Below are positions 13,852-24,386 of a stretch of DNA of 64,000 nucleotides, piece by piece. The position numbers and the translations under genes are program-made. The DNA lies in the NCBI GenBank assembly GCA_032718475.1, contig JAUCBJ010007509.1:6086-70085 (forward strand). The letters are read 5' to 3'. Origin of the DNA: Nemertoderma westbladi. Lineage: Eukaryota > Animalia > Xenacoelomorpha. Under the pieces are notes generated by a model. The model saw only the letters and a program-made list of their open reading frames with translations, was not told the origin of the DNA and searched no databases. Position 1 is the first letter of the stretch. Every line of letters starts with the position of its first letter.

Positions 13852-14510
13852 CCCGCCTCTGTAACCTGCCCCTTTCCCTCAATTAGTTAAATGATCGTTT
13901 ATTGTTTTGGTTAGAAAATCCCGTCTCTGTAACCTGCTCCTTTCCCTCAATTAGTTAAATGATCGTTTATTGTTTTGGTTAGAAAATCCCGTCTCTGTAA
14001 CCTGCTCCTTTCCCTGATTTGGTAAAGTGACTGTTTATTGTTTTGGTTAGAAAATCCCGCCTCTGAAACCTGCTCCTTTCCCTCAATTAGTTTAAGTGAT
14101 CATTTATTGTTTTGGTTAGGAAATCCTGCCTCTGTAACCTGCTCCTTTCCCTCAATTGGTAATGTTATCGTTTATTGTTTTGTTTAGAAAATCCCGCCTC
14201 TGTAACCTGCTCCTTTCCCTCAATTGGTAATGTTATCGTGTATTGTTTTGGTTAGAAAATCCCGCCTCTGTAACCTGCTCCTTTCTCTCAATTGGTAATG
14301 TTATCGTTTATTGTTTTGGTTAGAAAATCCCGTCTCTGTAACCTGCTCCTTTCCCTCAATTAGTTAAATGATCGTTTATTGTTTTGGTTAGAAAATCCCG
14401 TCTCTGTAACCTGTTCCTTTCCCTGATTTGGTAAAGTGACTGTTTATTGTTTTGGTTAGAAAACTCGGCCTTAACCTGCTCCTTTCCATCAATTGGTAAT
14501 TGTTTTTGGC
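13852..14510. repeat. 68-bp minisatellite, ~9.5 copies
   Basis: Unit CCCGCCTCTGTAACCTGCTCCTTTCCCTCAATTAGTTAAATGATCGTTTATTGTTTTGGTTAGAAAAT starts at 13852, 13920, 13988, 14056, 14125, 14193, 14261, 14329 and 14397. Confidence 0.95.
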
Positions 14511-14710
14511 TATAAAATGAGTGTTTTGCTACATCATGTGGTAATCGATTATCGACAACAACCACAAACTATTAAATATAGAGTCTTTTTACCACAGGCG
14601 CTATATAATTATATTCCCTAAATGCCGTGGATTTTCAAAATTTTATTTTTATTCGAATTAACTTTGCTAAAAGATTACTTTGAGTCCTCATTTGAATTTG
14701 TTATATCTAT

Positions 14711-15249
14711 TGTACGATGTTTAGTCAAGTGGTTCAGTAGCTCAGTCGGTAGAGCGTTGGAAATTATATGTGTAGTAGGTATTGAGTTCGAATCCTAGTA
14801 AGTGCGAATTATTTTTTGTGCAGAATTTCAACTCATTTAAATTGACCGCTACAAATTAAATTGCATTTGTCTGTACCTAGATTAACCAATGAGACTGCAG
14901 TTATTAGATTGTAACCAATGTCGTGCAAGTTATATATTAGCTGGACCAATAGCTATCTTTAAAAACCTGTTAGAACCTATAGAACAATCGAGAATTTTCT
15001 CGATTGATTGCGGCACAAATTTGGTATAAAAGGTGCGATTTCGTTCATTAGTTATCTCTTTCTATATTCAATTACACTCCACACTCTCACTCTTCACTTA
15101 CACAATTATTCTGAGTTACCTGATATTTGTTTATTCTGTCATTAGTTTTCAGAATACATTTTGTATTATTATCTGCAATAAATTCAGAAATACCGCTACC
15201 TGCCTTTTCTTTTCACCATGATTCACTACGGTGAACACACTTAGGAACA
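14711..15249 (+). mobile_element. Putative 5' LTR of the BEL/Pao element (boundaries uncertain)
   Basis: TGTACG start; three CCAAT boxes (~14886, 14915, 14946); TATAAAA at 15025; AATAAA at 15177; GGAACA end candidates at 15249 and 15292; upstream of gag. No 3' LTR to confirm. Confidence 0.55.
14731..14817 (+). promoter_or_regulatory. tRNA-derived Pol III A/B-box element
   Basis: A-box TAGCTCAGTCGG (14738), B-box GAGTTCGAATCC (14784), T6 run at 14812; no proper anticodon or acceptor stem. Confidence 0.7.
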
Positions 15250-17342
15250 GGATGGCCGGCTAGATTTCGGGCCGCAGCAATGAACGGGAACATCAAGGGA
15301 ATGTAGACAGGAGACAACCCGCAATATCATCGTAGTTATTCGCCCATCGCCTGAAAGGTTAGACAGCGTTCGATGCCTTGCTACCCAAGCGTAAGACCAA
15401 AAGATCAAAGGTAGAAGTAGTGACACGCTGTACGCCTAAAATTACAACTAGGGACTGTACTGTCTTAATTCAGGAAAAAACCGCAGTAGACCTTCATATT
15501 CCTACGGGGGGGAGAGAGAGAGCAGGCAGAGATACTAGTACGCAGATAGGACGTAGGTACACCGGTACAAAGCATACACATTGGTAGGGTGCAGCAAACT
15601 GTACGCCTAACTCTTGCTAAGTACAGGTGCGTCTGCGACTATTTGTAGTACAACGGTGTCCATTGCATTAGAACTTGTAGGCTAGGAGGGTTGCTGTGTT
15701 TCACCTGAATTAGGATTGTACCGTTCAGGCGGTAGGGCAGTTTACGACTAGGCGCAAATAAATTGAGGCTATTAGGGATATACTAACATCTACCGTGTCC
15801 CCGCCAACGTCCTGATAGGAAGTTACCCAGCCTACCTAGGTGACTAAAATTCCAGATAAGAGCCAGGATAGCTATTAGTAACAGTACGCCTACTGTAGTA
15901 AACTAACACATTTCTTCTTAGTATTAGGGACCTGGTAAATTAAAAATTGCCGAATTCTGGGCGTAGCATTAACTTTATGCCTGAATTTGAGTCCTGGAAA
16001 TACGCAAGAGGGGAAGGAGCCTTATCATTCGTGAGTATTGGACCTACAAGTTACAAAATTAGAATATTCGTAAAATGCACACCGTACCCAGTAATTATAT
16101 ATATGAAGGAGCAAAACTGCTTTTGACTGTTCAGAATTTACACACGCGAGTTAGAAATTATTTACACCTCTAAATATATAAAATTAACTTTGTCCGTACT
16201 GCGCTTTGCCTGCTAGTTAGACATCTCCAAATCTCTGCACCTAGCTAGCGTCCCTTTCGCCCAACCATATAAATCACACCGCAGCAAAGTATACGAGCCC
16301 CTTAGTCCGTCAGTGAGTCAGCCTGATTTTAGGATTCGCTGCGCGGGATTTTGTTTTATCGAAGTTTGTCTGCTCGTAGACTGTTTTCTGCCTCACCGGT
16401 TATAAGAGATCGATACTGCAACATATTCGTTTACTTAGAGTTTACTGTTTTGGTGAGAAGGTCGGATTTATGATTTGATTCACAAACTTTACAGTAAGAT
16501 ATTGCAGGTATTGTTACTGTCTCTTCAAATAGTAGGAATATGTTTTACTGAACTACGGTTCGGTAGGACTAAAGTTATTTGAAAATTTTGTATTTTGAGG
16601 TAAAAGTTTATATTTGATTAGCTAAGTGCTAATATTTTGAAATAAAAATTTGATTTGAACCGCGTGTAAAATATTTTGGAATTGAATACCGGTGTTTAAA
16701 AGGGTTTAAATACCATATTGTACCGGTACAAAAATTTTCGTAAAAGTAAAACCTAACTCTTTTGTTTTTCAGGATTCAGAACTCATTTCTAGACTGTAAC
16801 GGGAGCAAGACCGTGTTTAGCAAGTTTGGGAGATAGATAACTCAACAACTTTGGTTGGGAAAATCGCGCTTCGTCCGCAACGCTGAAAACGGAAAGGTTC
16901 ACGTCCGGTTTGTATCTGGGAATCTGTTTTTCTGGAGAATTATTGGAGTGGGTGAGTTTGAAAGGTTGCATAAATAAGTTAGGCATTACCGTATTAGTTA
17001 AAATTATTGTGGGTTCCACTGTCTCAAGTATTTATGCATTCCGTATGATTTCTTTGTTCATTGCTGAATTAGTCCGTATTATTGTATTTAATTTACCTTT
17101 TGATAACGCATATCGTTATCCGATTTATTTGTTATAAAATTGGCCGCTAGGCTAATTTTATTATATACTTATTCCGTGACATTTATTTGCTGTAAAATTG
17201 GCCGTCTAGGCTAATTTTATCCATCTGCTATAAAATCGGCCGGTAGGCTAAATTTATATGACTGTAATTAGTACCGTTTAAATATAAATACGGTAAGTTT
17301 GATACTTTGACACTCACTTTTACTTGACTTACAACTACCGAA

Positions 17343-19036
17343 ATGAGTGACAAACAAGACTATACGAAAAATACACAAACCGACTATGACTCATGTGACG
17401 GAGATAAGTCAGAAGCGGAAGAACCACAGGGGAAGACTCGTGAGCCTACCGAACCTACACCGTGCGCGTCACCAGTACATCCAACGGAAGTACCGGATGC
17501 CGTAGTACGAGGCGACGGCAGGACTGAGGATTTCCTAACGGTCCCGCAACCTAGATACAGGGAAACGGAGATGGTAAGTTCAGTAGGAAGCCAGGAGAGC
17601 GTAGTTAGAAGCGTCGGCGGTTACATGGCGCATATTACCAGGAGTATTGGAGAAGGCCAACGCATATTAGACGAGTTAACCGCTCCGATGTCTCGGTTCG
17701 AGTTCTACACTCTACAGGTGAGAGTACAGAGTAAAGTATATAAGTCCGTAGATAACCTAATTGGTCTACAAGATCTAGCTAGACAGAGACAGGATATGGA
17801 CACTCAGCTTAGAATCCTCGAGAAACTAATGATCACTAGAGAGAAACTGATTCAGTTTAAGTCGACGATTAGGCAGATACAACAGGAACAAGCGGACCAG
17901 TTGTTAGGTGAGTCAGTTTCGGACGAATTATTGCAACCCGAGGAAGAACAGGAACTGTATAGGCTAGATAGGCAATTGAAACACCTGACGGATCACTTAC
18001 GCATGTGCGGCGAGGACGTCGGAGATTGGGAAACCGTGCCGGAGGCTACGAGGGAAACTTCACTCGCACAAATCGAACTGGCACCGGGAACACTAAATCA
18101 ATCACTGGTGAGTATTCGCAGCGAAATTGGCGAGGTGAGTATGGCTACGTCAGAAATTGCTCGACAACAGCAGCTCTACAGACAACAACAGGAGATGGAG
18201 GAACAAACTCAACTGCTAATGGCACAAGCAGCAGTACAAGAAGAGAAACTACGTGTTGCGAATGTTGCAAGAATCTCTCATCTGCAAGAACAAGCCGAGT
18301 TGGAAGCAGCCGAGATGGAAAGATTAGAGTTGGACATTGCACAACAAGCGGCAGCGGCAGCGGCCGAGTCAGAGCGACAAGCAGCAACGGCCGAGTTAGA
18401 GCGACAGAGGTTAGTATCAGAAGCGAGAGCCGAGATGAAAAAATGGCAAATAAAGGCTCAATCAGCTATACGACAAGCGGAGTTTGAGGCGCAACAACAA
18501 CAGACGGAACAACGCGAGAAGGAAGTTAAACTTCATTTCGAACTCGGGAAGAAGGCGAGAGAATTAGCCAACGCGAAGGAAGATCTGGATCTACAAGCCC
18601 GCGATCGATCGATGAGATCTCGTGACGGACATGATTTGGACCAGTTAGAGGTAAGGCACCGTCAAATTCAGGAACGAATGAAGGAAGGAAGTGTAGGGGC
18701 ACCTGGGCGAGAAAGACAACTAGTAAAGGACTTATGTCAAAGATTCCCTCGAGTAACTCCTATGTTTGCACCAGTTACGACTAAGAAACCTATTTCGATT
18801 ACTGGTAGTAGTAATATTTCTCCTATCCATGGTGCGACGGAACACAGGTTTGTTATTCCGGACAAGTTCACACCGCCAAGAGCAACGTCGTCGCCTATTC
18901 TGAAAGTCAAGGTAAGTAACCCACCGATTACAGATCGTAGTAGTTTGTTGACTGGACCTGCACTACTAACGACAAAACAGGTGAGTCCACCTTCGACACC
19001 AAAACTCGTTACACACTACACGTACCCAATGATGTT
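17343..19036 (+). pseudogene. gag: BEL/Pao gag, 5' part (interrupted by Polinton)
   Basis: Long coiled-coil ORF; removing 19037-37164 rejoins it in frame with 37165-38368 (..YPMM-F-RPIRPADS..). Confidence 0.85.
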
Positions 19037-19361
19037 AGTAGTATGGGATGCTAGCCCCTCCGCACAAAGTGGTAATGATGGGCTACGGGCCCATCATTAC
19101 CATCCATTTCTGGTACTGCAGCCAATCAGAAGCCTCCATTTCAACCTTTTGCAGTGGTCGTTATTATTTCAACCAATCAGATGTCAGCATTTCATCCATA
19201 ACCATGGTAACTTCTCAAGTTCCCGCATCTTCCGCTAGAGGCGTTATTAGTCACCCAACGCTAGTACTGCATCCAATCACCAACCTTTATTTTACAGGTG
19301 TTCGAGTGTCTACACTTAGCATCAGGTAACTTCTATTATTTTTCAAATCGCTATTTTTCAC
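19037..19361 (+). repeat. Polinton left TIR (325 bp)
   Basis: Reverse complement of 36844-37158 apart from 3 substitutions and one hairpin-forming replacement; contains three CCAATCA motifs. Confidence 0.95.
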
Positions 19362-19938
19362 CAACCATTCCATATTCATCTTCACATAGCCTAACCTCAC
19401 GATGCATGGCTAGCCCCCATCCCATCGCTACTCAATCCACAGCTGTTACCCACCCAACCACCCACCAACCAACCAATCAACAGCGATGTTTGCCTAACCC
19501 TACAGTTATTCACCTTTTCACAACGTTACCACCACTGCCACGTTACCACCACCACTGTATACTGTATATGGTGACGACGTGGCCACCAACTACACGCATC
19601 GTGCATATATTATATCGATTGCCAAATCCACGACTGCTCTCGCCAAATCAACAAACCAACTAGTATGATACATGAGATTCCGTCACGTTCTAGCTACGCG
19701 TATACGAGTATTAGTGATCATTATTACGCAATAATTTTTTTGTTTATACAGTAGTTCCCTACCAGCTAATCAACCAATCAATAAACCGAATTTAGGCTAT
19801 TTCTCAGTTTAAGACCTGTATTATTTTTGAAAATATCTTATATATATAATCTCTTGCTTTAATCGCAATTAATCATTTGTAATGGTTTTAGTTTAAAAGT
19901 TTTTACTTTGTTTGATTTACAATAAAATAAATTAAATA

Positions 19939-20385
19939 ATGTCTTCTGATTCCAATATGGTTATGCCAATGGTAAGGCATTCATTTTTTGCAGAAGATGG
20001 TCAAGCCTATATTGTTATTGATTATACAATTTACCGTCAGGGAGATGATAAATATAAAATTGAATTTTCTGAAAAAGCCAGGAAAGTTTTAAGCTCAATT
20101 GATATTGATGCTTCTGATAATAGTATTCATCTTTTAGATTACAACCTGAAAGCTGAGCATGGGGGAGGAAAATTAAGCAACATTTTACTATTATCCATGA
20201 TAGAGGGATTTATTGTTATTACACAATACAACGAAGCTGGTGAAAAGTTTGAAATATGGCTAAATCGGCATAGCCCCTACGAAATTATGTCTTTCTTTAT
20301 TGTAATGATTTCAAAAGAATCCTTTGTCGAACCTGAAGAATCAGCGGATAATGTTGAATATGTTGATAATATCATTGATTCTTGA
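19939..20385 (+). CDS. Polinton hypothetical protein (148 aa, acidic C-terminus)
   Basis: Intact ORF with TAAATAATG start, TATATATA ~95 bp upstream and CCAAT at ~19774; no recognised motif. Confidence 0.7.
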   Translation: MSSDSNMVMPMVRHSFFAEDGQAYIVIDYTIYRQGDDKYKIEFSEKARKVLSSIDIDASDNSIHLLDYNLKAEHGGGKLSNILLLSMIEGFIVITQYNEAGEKFEIWLNRHSPYEIMSFFIVMISKESFVEPEESADNVEYVDNIIDS

Positions 20386-20554
20386 CTTTTCCCTCTATAT
20401 TATAAATATTTTATGATTATATATAAAATTTTGTTGTTTTTAAATAATCGAAAATTGTAGTAGTATTTGTATATACAGTATAACAGTTTTGTTTGTTTGT
20501 TGTTGTTGTTGTGTATTGTGGTAATTATTTTCAATTTACTTTAAAATTTGGAAA

Positions 20555-21007
20555 ATGGATATTTTAAATGAAAAATGTCCAGTTTGCTATTCTAAGTTAT
20601 TGCAACAACATCGAGATTATTATAAATGTGAAAATAAACATGCAACTTGCGTACAATGTATTGTACAATATTCCAAAATGAATAATTATTGTTCTAAAAT
20701 TTGTCCTATTTGTCGCGCATCCATATCTAAGTTTAATATAAAGTTGGCAAGATACCAACCCTATTATTGGAAAGAGCTTCGCAATATAACTTATATTTCT
20801 GCGAAAAGTAATGATCCTGGAGATTTATTTACAATATTGGAGAATATTTTTTATAGAAACGTAGTACGACGCTGTTGCTACTATATTCCTTATTTTTTTA
20901 GCAGCGAACATAAAAAAATCATTAGCGCGAAATTCTCGGGAAGTGATTTCCAAACCGCCGATGTTACCTATCATTATTTCGCGTATAAAGATGCTCACCA
21001 TGCTTGA
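20555..21007 (+). CDS. RING-finger (C3HC4) protein, putative E3 ubiquitin ligase
   Basis: CPVC-x13-C-x3-H-x2-CVQC-x14-CPICR. Confidence 0.85.
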   Translation: MDILNEKCPVCYSKLLQQHRDYYKCENKHATCVQCIVQYSKMNNYCSKICPICRASISKFNIKLARYQPYYWKELRNITYISAKSNDPGDLFTILENIFYRNVVRRCCYYIPYFFSSEHKKIISAKFSGSDFQTADVTYHYFAYKDAHHA

Positions 21008-21226
21008 AATTACATCAGTCTATACTATAATTGGAAATAGCACCTTTTGCTGCAGCGAGCGTCACATACTGTAGTTGTGTCATATGTTAATTAAATATAC
21101 AGTACTCTAATATTATTGTAGTTCCAACAATTATTGTTATATACATAGTAATGGTGTTGGTTTATTGATATTGATATTGATATTATATTATATTATATTG
21201 TTGATATATCTTAATAATAATAATAA

Positions 21227-21907
21227 ATGGCTGACTTTAATTCAGGCCCATATAATTTAAACTTTCAAATGGGTACAAGTATGATAATTTCAGGGCCATC
21301 TGGTTCCGGAAAGTCAACCTTTGTGGGGAATTTAATTAAACACAAGAATGGTTGTTTCAACGAAGCCCCCTTGCGAGTATTGTATTGTTACGGGAGCAAT
21401 CCCCCGACTATTCCTGGTATTACTCACCTTTACAAAGGCTTGCCTGAAAATATAGATAGTTTAGTCAATAGTCGAGATTTATTAATTATAGATGATTTGT
21501 TAACAGAAACTGAGTCCAGTACAGCTTTAACTGTATTGTTTACTAAGGTGGCTCATCATTCCAATATATTTATTTGTTTTATAACGCAAAACATGTTTTA
21601 CGGTGGGAAGCATAACCGCACAAGATCAATTAATAGCCATACTTTAGTATTAATGAAAAATCCGAGAGACAGTCTATCGGTTTTAAATTTCGCGAAGCAG
21701 ATGTTACCAGGGCAGACCAAATTTTTAGTTGATTCCTATCAAGATGCGACAATTCAACCATTTTCACATTTCTTAATTGATTTACGACAGGAAACACCCG
21801 AACATTTAAGATTTAGATCTGATATATTTCGTAATCATAATTGTTACATTAAAAATTACACTGACTATAAACGTAGCGAAAATAATAATAATAATAATGA
21901 TAAATAA
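21227..21907 (+). CDS. A32/FtsK-type DNA packaging ATPase
   Basis: Walker A GPSGSGKS, Walker B LLIIDD, AHHSN..ITQN and KNPRD Polinton motifs. Confidence 0.95.
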   Translation: MADFNSGPYNLNFQMGTSMIISGPSGSGKSTFVGNLIKHKNGCFNEAPLRVLYCYGSNPPTIPGITHLYKGLPENIDSLVNSRDLLIIDDLLTETESSTALTVLFTKVAHHSNIFICFITQNMFYGGKHNRTRSINSHTLVLMKNPRDSLSVLNFAKQMLPGQTKFLVDSYQDATIQPFSHFLIDLRQETPEHLRFRSDIFRNHNCYIKNYTDYKRSENNNNNNDK

Positions 21908-21944
21908 TTAATATTTTGTAACAATTTTCAATAATGTTGCAACA

Positions 21945-22210
21945 ATGAAAAGACTTGTGCAGAAATATCGTAACGAACTGGAATTTCTACGCAGCGCTAC
22001 CCCTCAACAAAGAACTTATTTTATTAACCATACCGCCAGTAACGAATTAATACGGCTCATTGTAAATACTGCATTAAATGTTCTAAAAGGTAATGTACAA
22101 TTGACCCCTCATTCATTTAGAAATATTCGCCGCTATAAGAAGGTATTGAAATCACTCAACCGTAAAACAAAAAATATATCAAGTTACAGAAAAAAGTTAA
22201 GTAATCAATT
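21945..22210 (+). other. Conserved small basic Polinton protein (ALNVLKGNV motif), here fused in frame to integrase
   Basis: ATPQQR..ELIRLIVNTALNVLKGNVQLT..KKVLKSL matches a Polinton virion-module protein that is normally a separate ORF. Confidence 0.7.
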
Positions 22211-23264
22211 AAGTAAAGTTAAGTTAAGAATTTATTTAGATCCTTCATCCCCCGCGGGATTTGCAAGTGTTGCAAAATTAGCAAAAGCTGCAAACATCAA
22301 ACCGGCGCAAGCCCAGAAATGGTTGAGTGGACAAAAGACATACACCCTTCACGCTCCACGTAGACAACATTATCCAACATCTAAAATATTTACGGGAGGC
22401 ATAAAAGATATATATATGATAGATCTGGTGGATATGCAGCAATATAAGTCGCAAAATAATAATTATAACTATATATTAACGTGCATTGATGCCTTCAGTC
22501 GGCTTGCTTTTGCCTATGCTATGAAAACAAAAAAGGGTGTTGAAATTATTAGTATATTGCAAAAAATATTCCAGAAAGGAAAACCAAACAGAATCGCCAC
22601 GGATCAAGGTTCTGAGTTTCTAAATAAATCTGTAAGGAAATATTTAGATACGTTAGGTATACAGTATTACGTAATGTATTCTGTGAATAAGGCGGCTATT
22701 GTCGAGAGATTCAACAGAACCCTAAAAACAAAGATGTTCAAAATTTTCACGCAAAGGGGAAATAATATTTGGATAAAAATTTTACCTAAGCTTATCTCGG
22801 CTTATAATAGGTCGTATCATAGAACAATACAAATGACACCTATTGAAGTTAATAAATTTAATGAAACTGAATTAATGAATAGATTATATGGGAAATATAG
22901 ACAGATAAATCACAAGAAAATAAAATTTAAAGTTGGAGATACAGTACGATTATCTATTGCTCGTACTGCTTTTGCTAAAGGCTATTGAGAACAATGGACA
23001 CGTGAATTATTTATTATTCATCGGGTCAGGTTGGATAGAGTACCAGCGGTAATGTTCGATATTAAGGACAGCACCGGAGCTATAATAAAGGGCTCATTTT
23101 ATTCTCACGAACTCCAAAAGGTCCACCCGAATAGTAATATTTATCTAGCAATTGACAAAAAAAATATTGGCAAACTGAAAGAACGTGTACACAATGGGAA
23201 GAAAGAATATTTAGTCCGATTCATCGGATCCAAGAAACAGTCCTGGGTACAGCATATTCAATAA
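22211..23264 (+). pseudogene. Retroviral-like (rve/c-integrase) integrase with C-terminal chromo-like domain; one premature stop
   Basis: YLDPSSPAGF, YTLH, IDLVDM, IDAFSR, TDQGSEF, VERFNRTLK; KGY*EQWTRELF with TGA at 22986-22988; same frame continues to GSFYSHELQKV and KEYLVRFIG..SWV. Confidence 0.93.
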
Positions 23265-23513
23265 GCTTAGGTTTATACTGTATATTAATTCATTTTGGTC
23301 GCATATGACCGTAATTAATCAATAATATTAACTCGAATGATATTACTATATCTATAGTTCATCCGCTTTAAATAAAGCTAGTAAAATATTGATCCCTCGC
23401 ATATACTGTAGAAGATGCTGGCAATGAACGTGGTCACAGATGTCTATAATTTAACATTATACTGTATGTACAAAGGAGTCAAGTAGAGAGAGCGAGCTTA
23501 AATAATAATAATA

Positions 23514-24386
23514 ATGGCCACAGATACATATATCACTCTACTTTCAGATAGCTCATTGAACACTTATCCCAATAATAATCCTAGTGAGTTTACTGTTGAT
23601 TTAGCCGAAGAATTATATATTGGTCCAAACGCTAAAATTGGACTTGCCGAACTTCAATATCAAGCAACATACAGTAATATTACGCTGCAAACTCAAATCT
23701 CACTGTCAATCGGGGTAGATGCAAAAGATGCCAAATTATATAGTTTATTTCCTGGTATGCATAACTCTATTCAAGTGATTATTGATGATATAAATAAACT
23801 GTTTAATTCTGAAGCGAAATATAGAGATTTCGAATTCATTTTTAATACAAATAATTCTAGAATTAAATTTAAATTTCCTAAAAAGTTGAAAAAAATACAA
23901 TTAAGTCTACGCGGCGATTTAATACAAATTCTAGGCTTAAAACCGTTATTGGATCGGAATCATCCGGATATTCCAAATTGGGATATATACAGTACCACTA
24001 CAGTAGATGAATTAAGCAATATAGAACAGCCGATATTAATTTTAAATTATAGCGGGCCAAAAATTTCGGAAATTGGCATTTTAGATTTTCCAGCTCCCAC
24101 GAATATAACACGTAATAAAGACACTATCTTTATATACACAGATATTATTAAGAGCTCATTTGTTGGCGACGCTTTAGCTCCGCTCTTAAGAACCTGCCCT
24201 TTAACGCAATTAAATCGAAAATATATTAATCACGAATACGAGAGCATTTGCTATTTCCCATTGTTGAATAAAAAACTAAAAACAATCTTAATTACTTTAC
24301 GTGACGGCCAAGGCCAATTAATTAACTTCAGCGGAGGTCGCACTGTTATAACACTTAAGTTAATACGGGGTGGCGGCGATGGATGA
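23514..24386 (+). CDS. Minor capsid protein (penton) 1
   Basis: YITLLSDSS..YPNN..EFTVDL..IGLAEL and IYTDII..VGD..APLLR..YFPL..ITLRDGQG..F..ITLKL penton motifs. Confidence 0.9.
   Translation: MATDTYITLLSDSSLNTYPNNNPSEFTVDLAEELYIGPNAKIGLAELQYQATYSNITLQTQISLSIGVDAKDAKLYSLFPGMHNSIQVIIDDINKLFNSEAKYRDFEFIFNTNNSRIKFKFPKKLKKIQLSLRGDLIQILGLKPLLDRNHPDIPNWDIYSTTTVDELSNIEQPILILNYSGPKISEIGILDFPAPTNITRNKDTIFIYTDIIKSSFVGDALAPLLRTCPLTQLNRKYINHEYESICYFPLLNKKLKTILITLRDGQGQLINFSGGRTVITLKLIRGGGDG

Noticed and set aside
13810-14596. Solo LTR (TGTTACGG...TTACCACA)
   Set aside because: It has TATA and polyA-like signals but no target-site duplication or partner LTR, so it is not listed as a feature.
14731-14805. 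Functional tRNA genes here, at 36262-36335 and at 40177-40230
   Set aside because: A and B boxes are present but the acceptor and anticodon stems do not form; these are tRNA-derived elements.
19037-19663. C-terminal 67 aa of the 631-aa ORF and ORFs 19048-19329 and 19298-19663
   Set aside because: Read-through into and chance frames within the Polinton TIR; the real gag continues at 37165.
22986-22988. Programmed stop-codon readthrough or alternative genetic code in integrase and pPolB
   Set aside because: The two stops differ (TGA, TAG), and each is one transition from a plausible sense codon; ordinary mutation is simpler.
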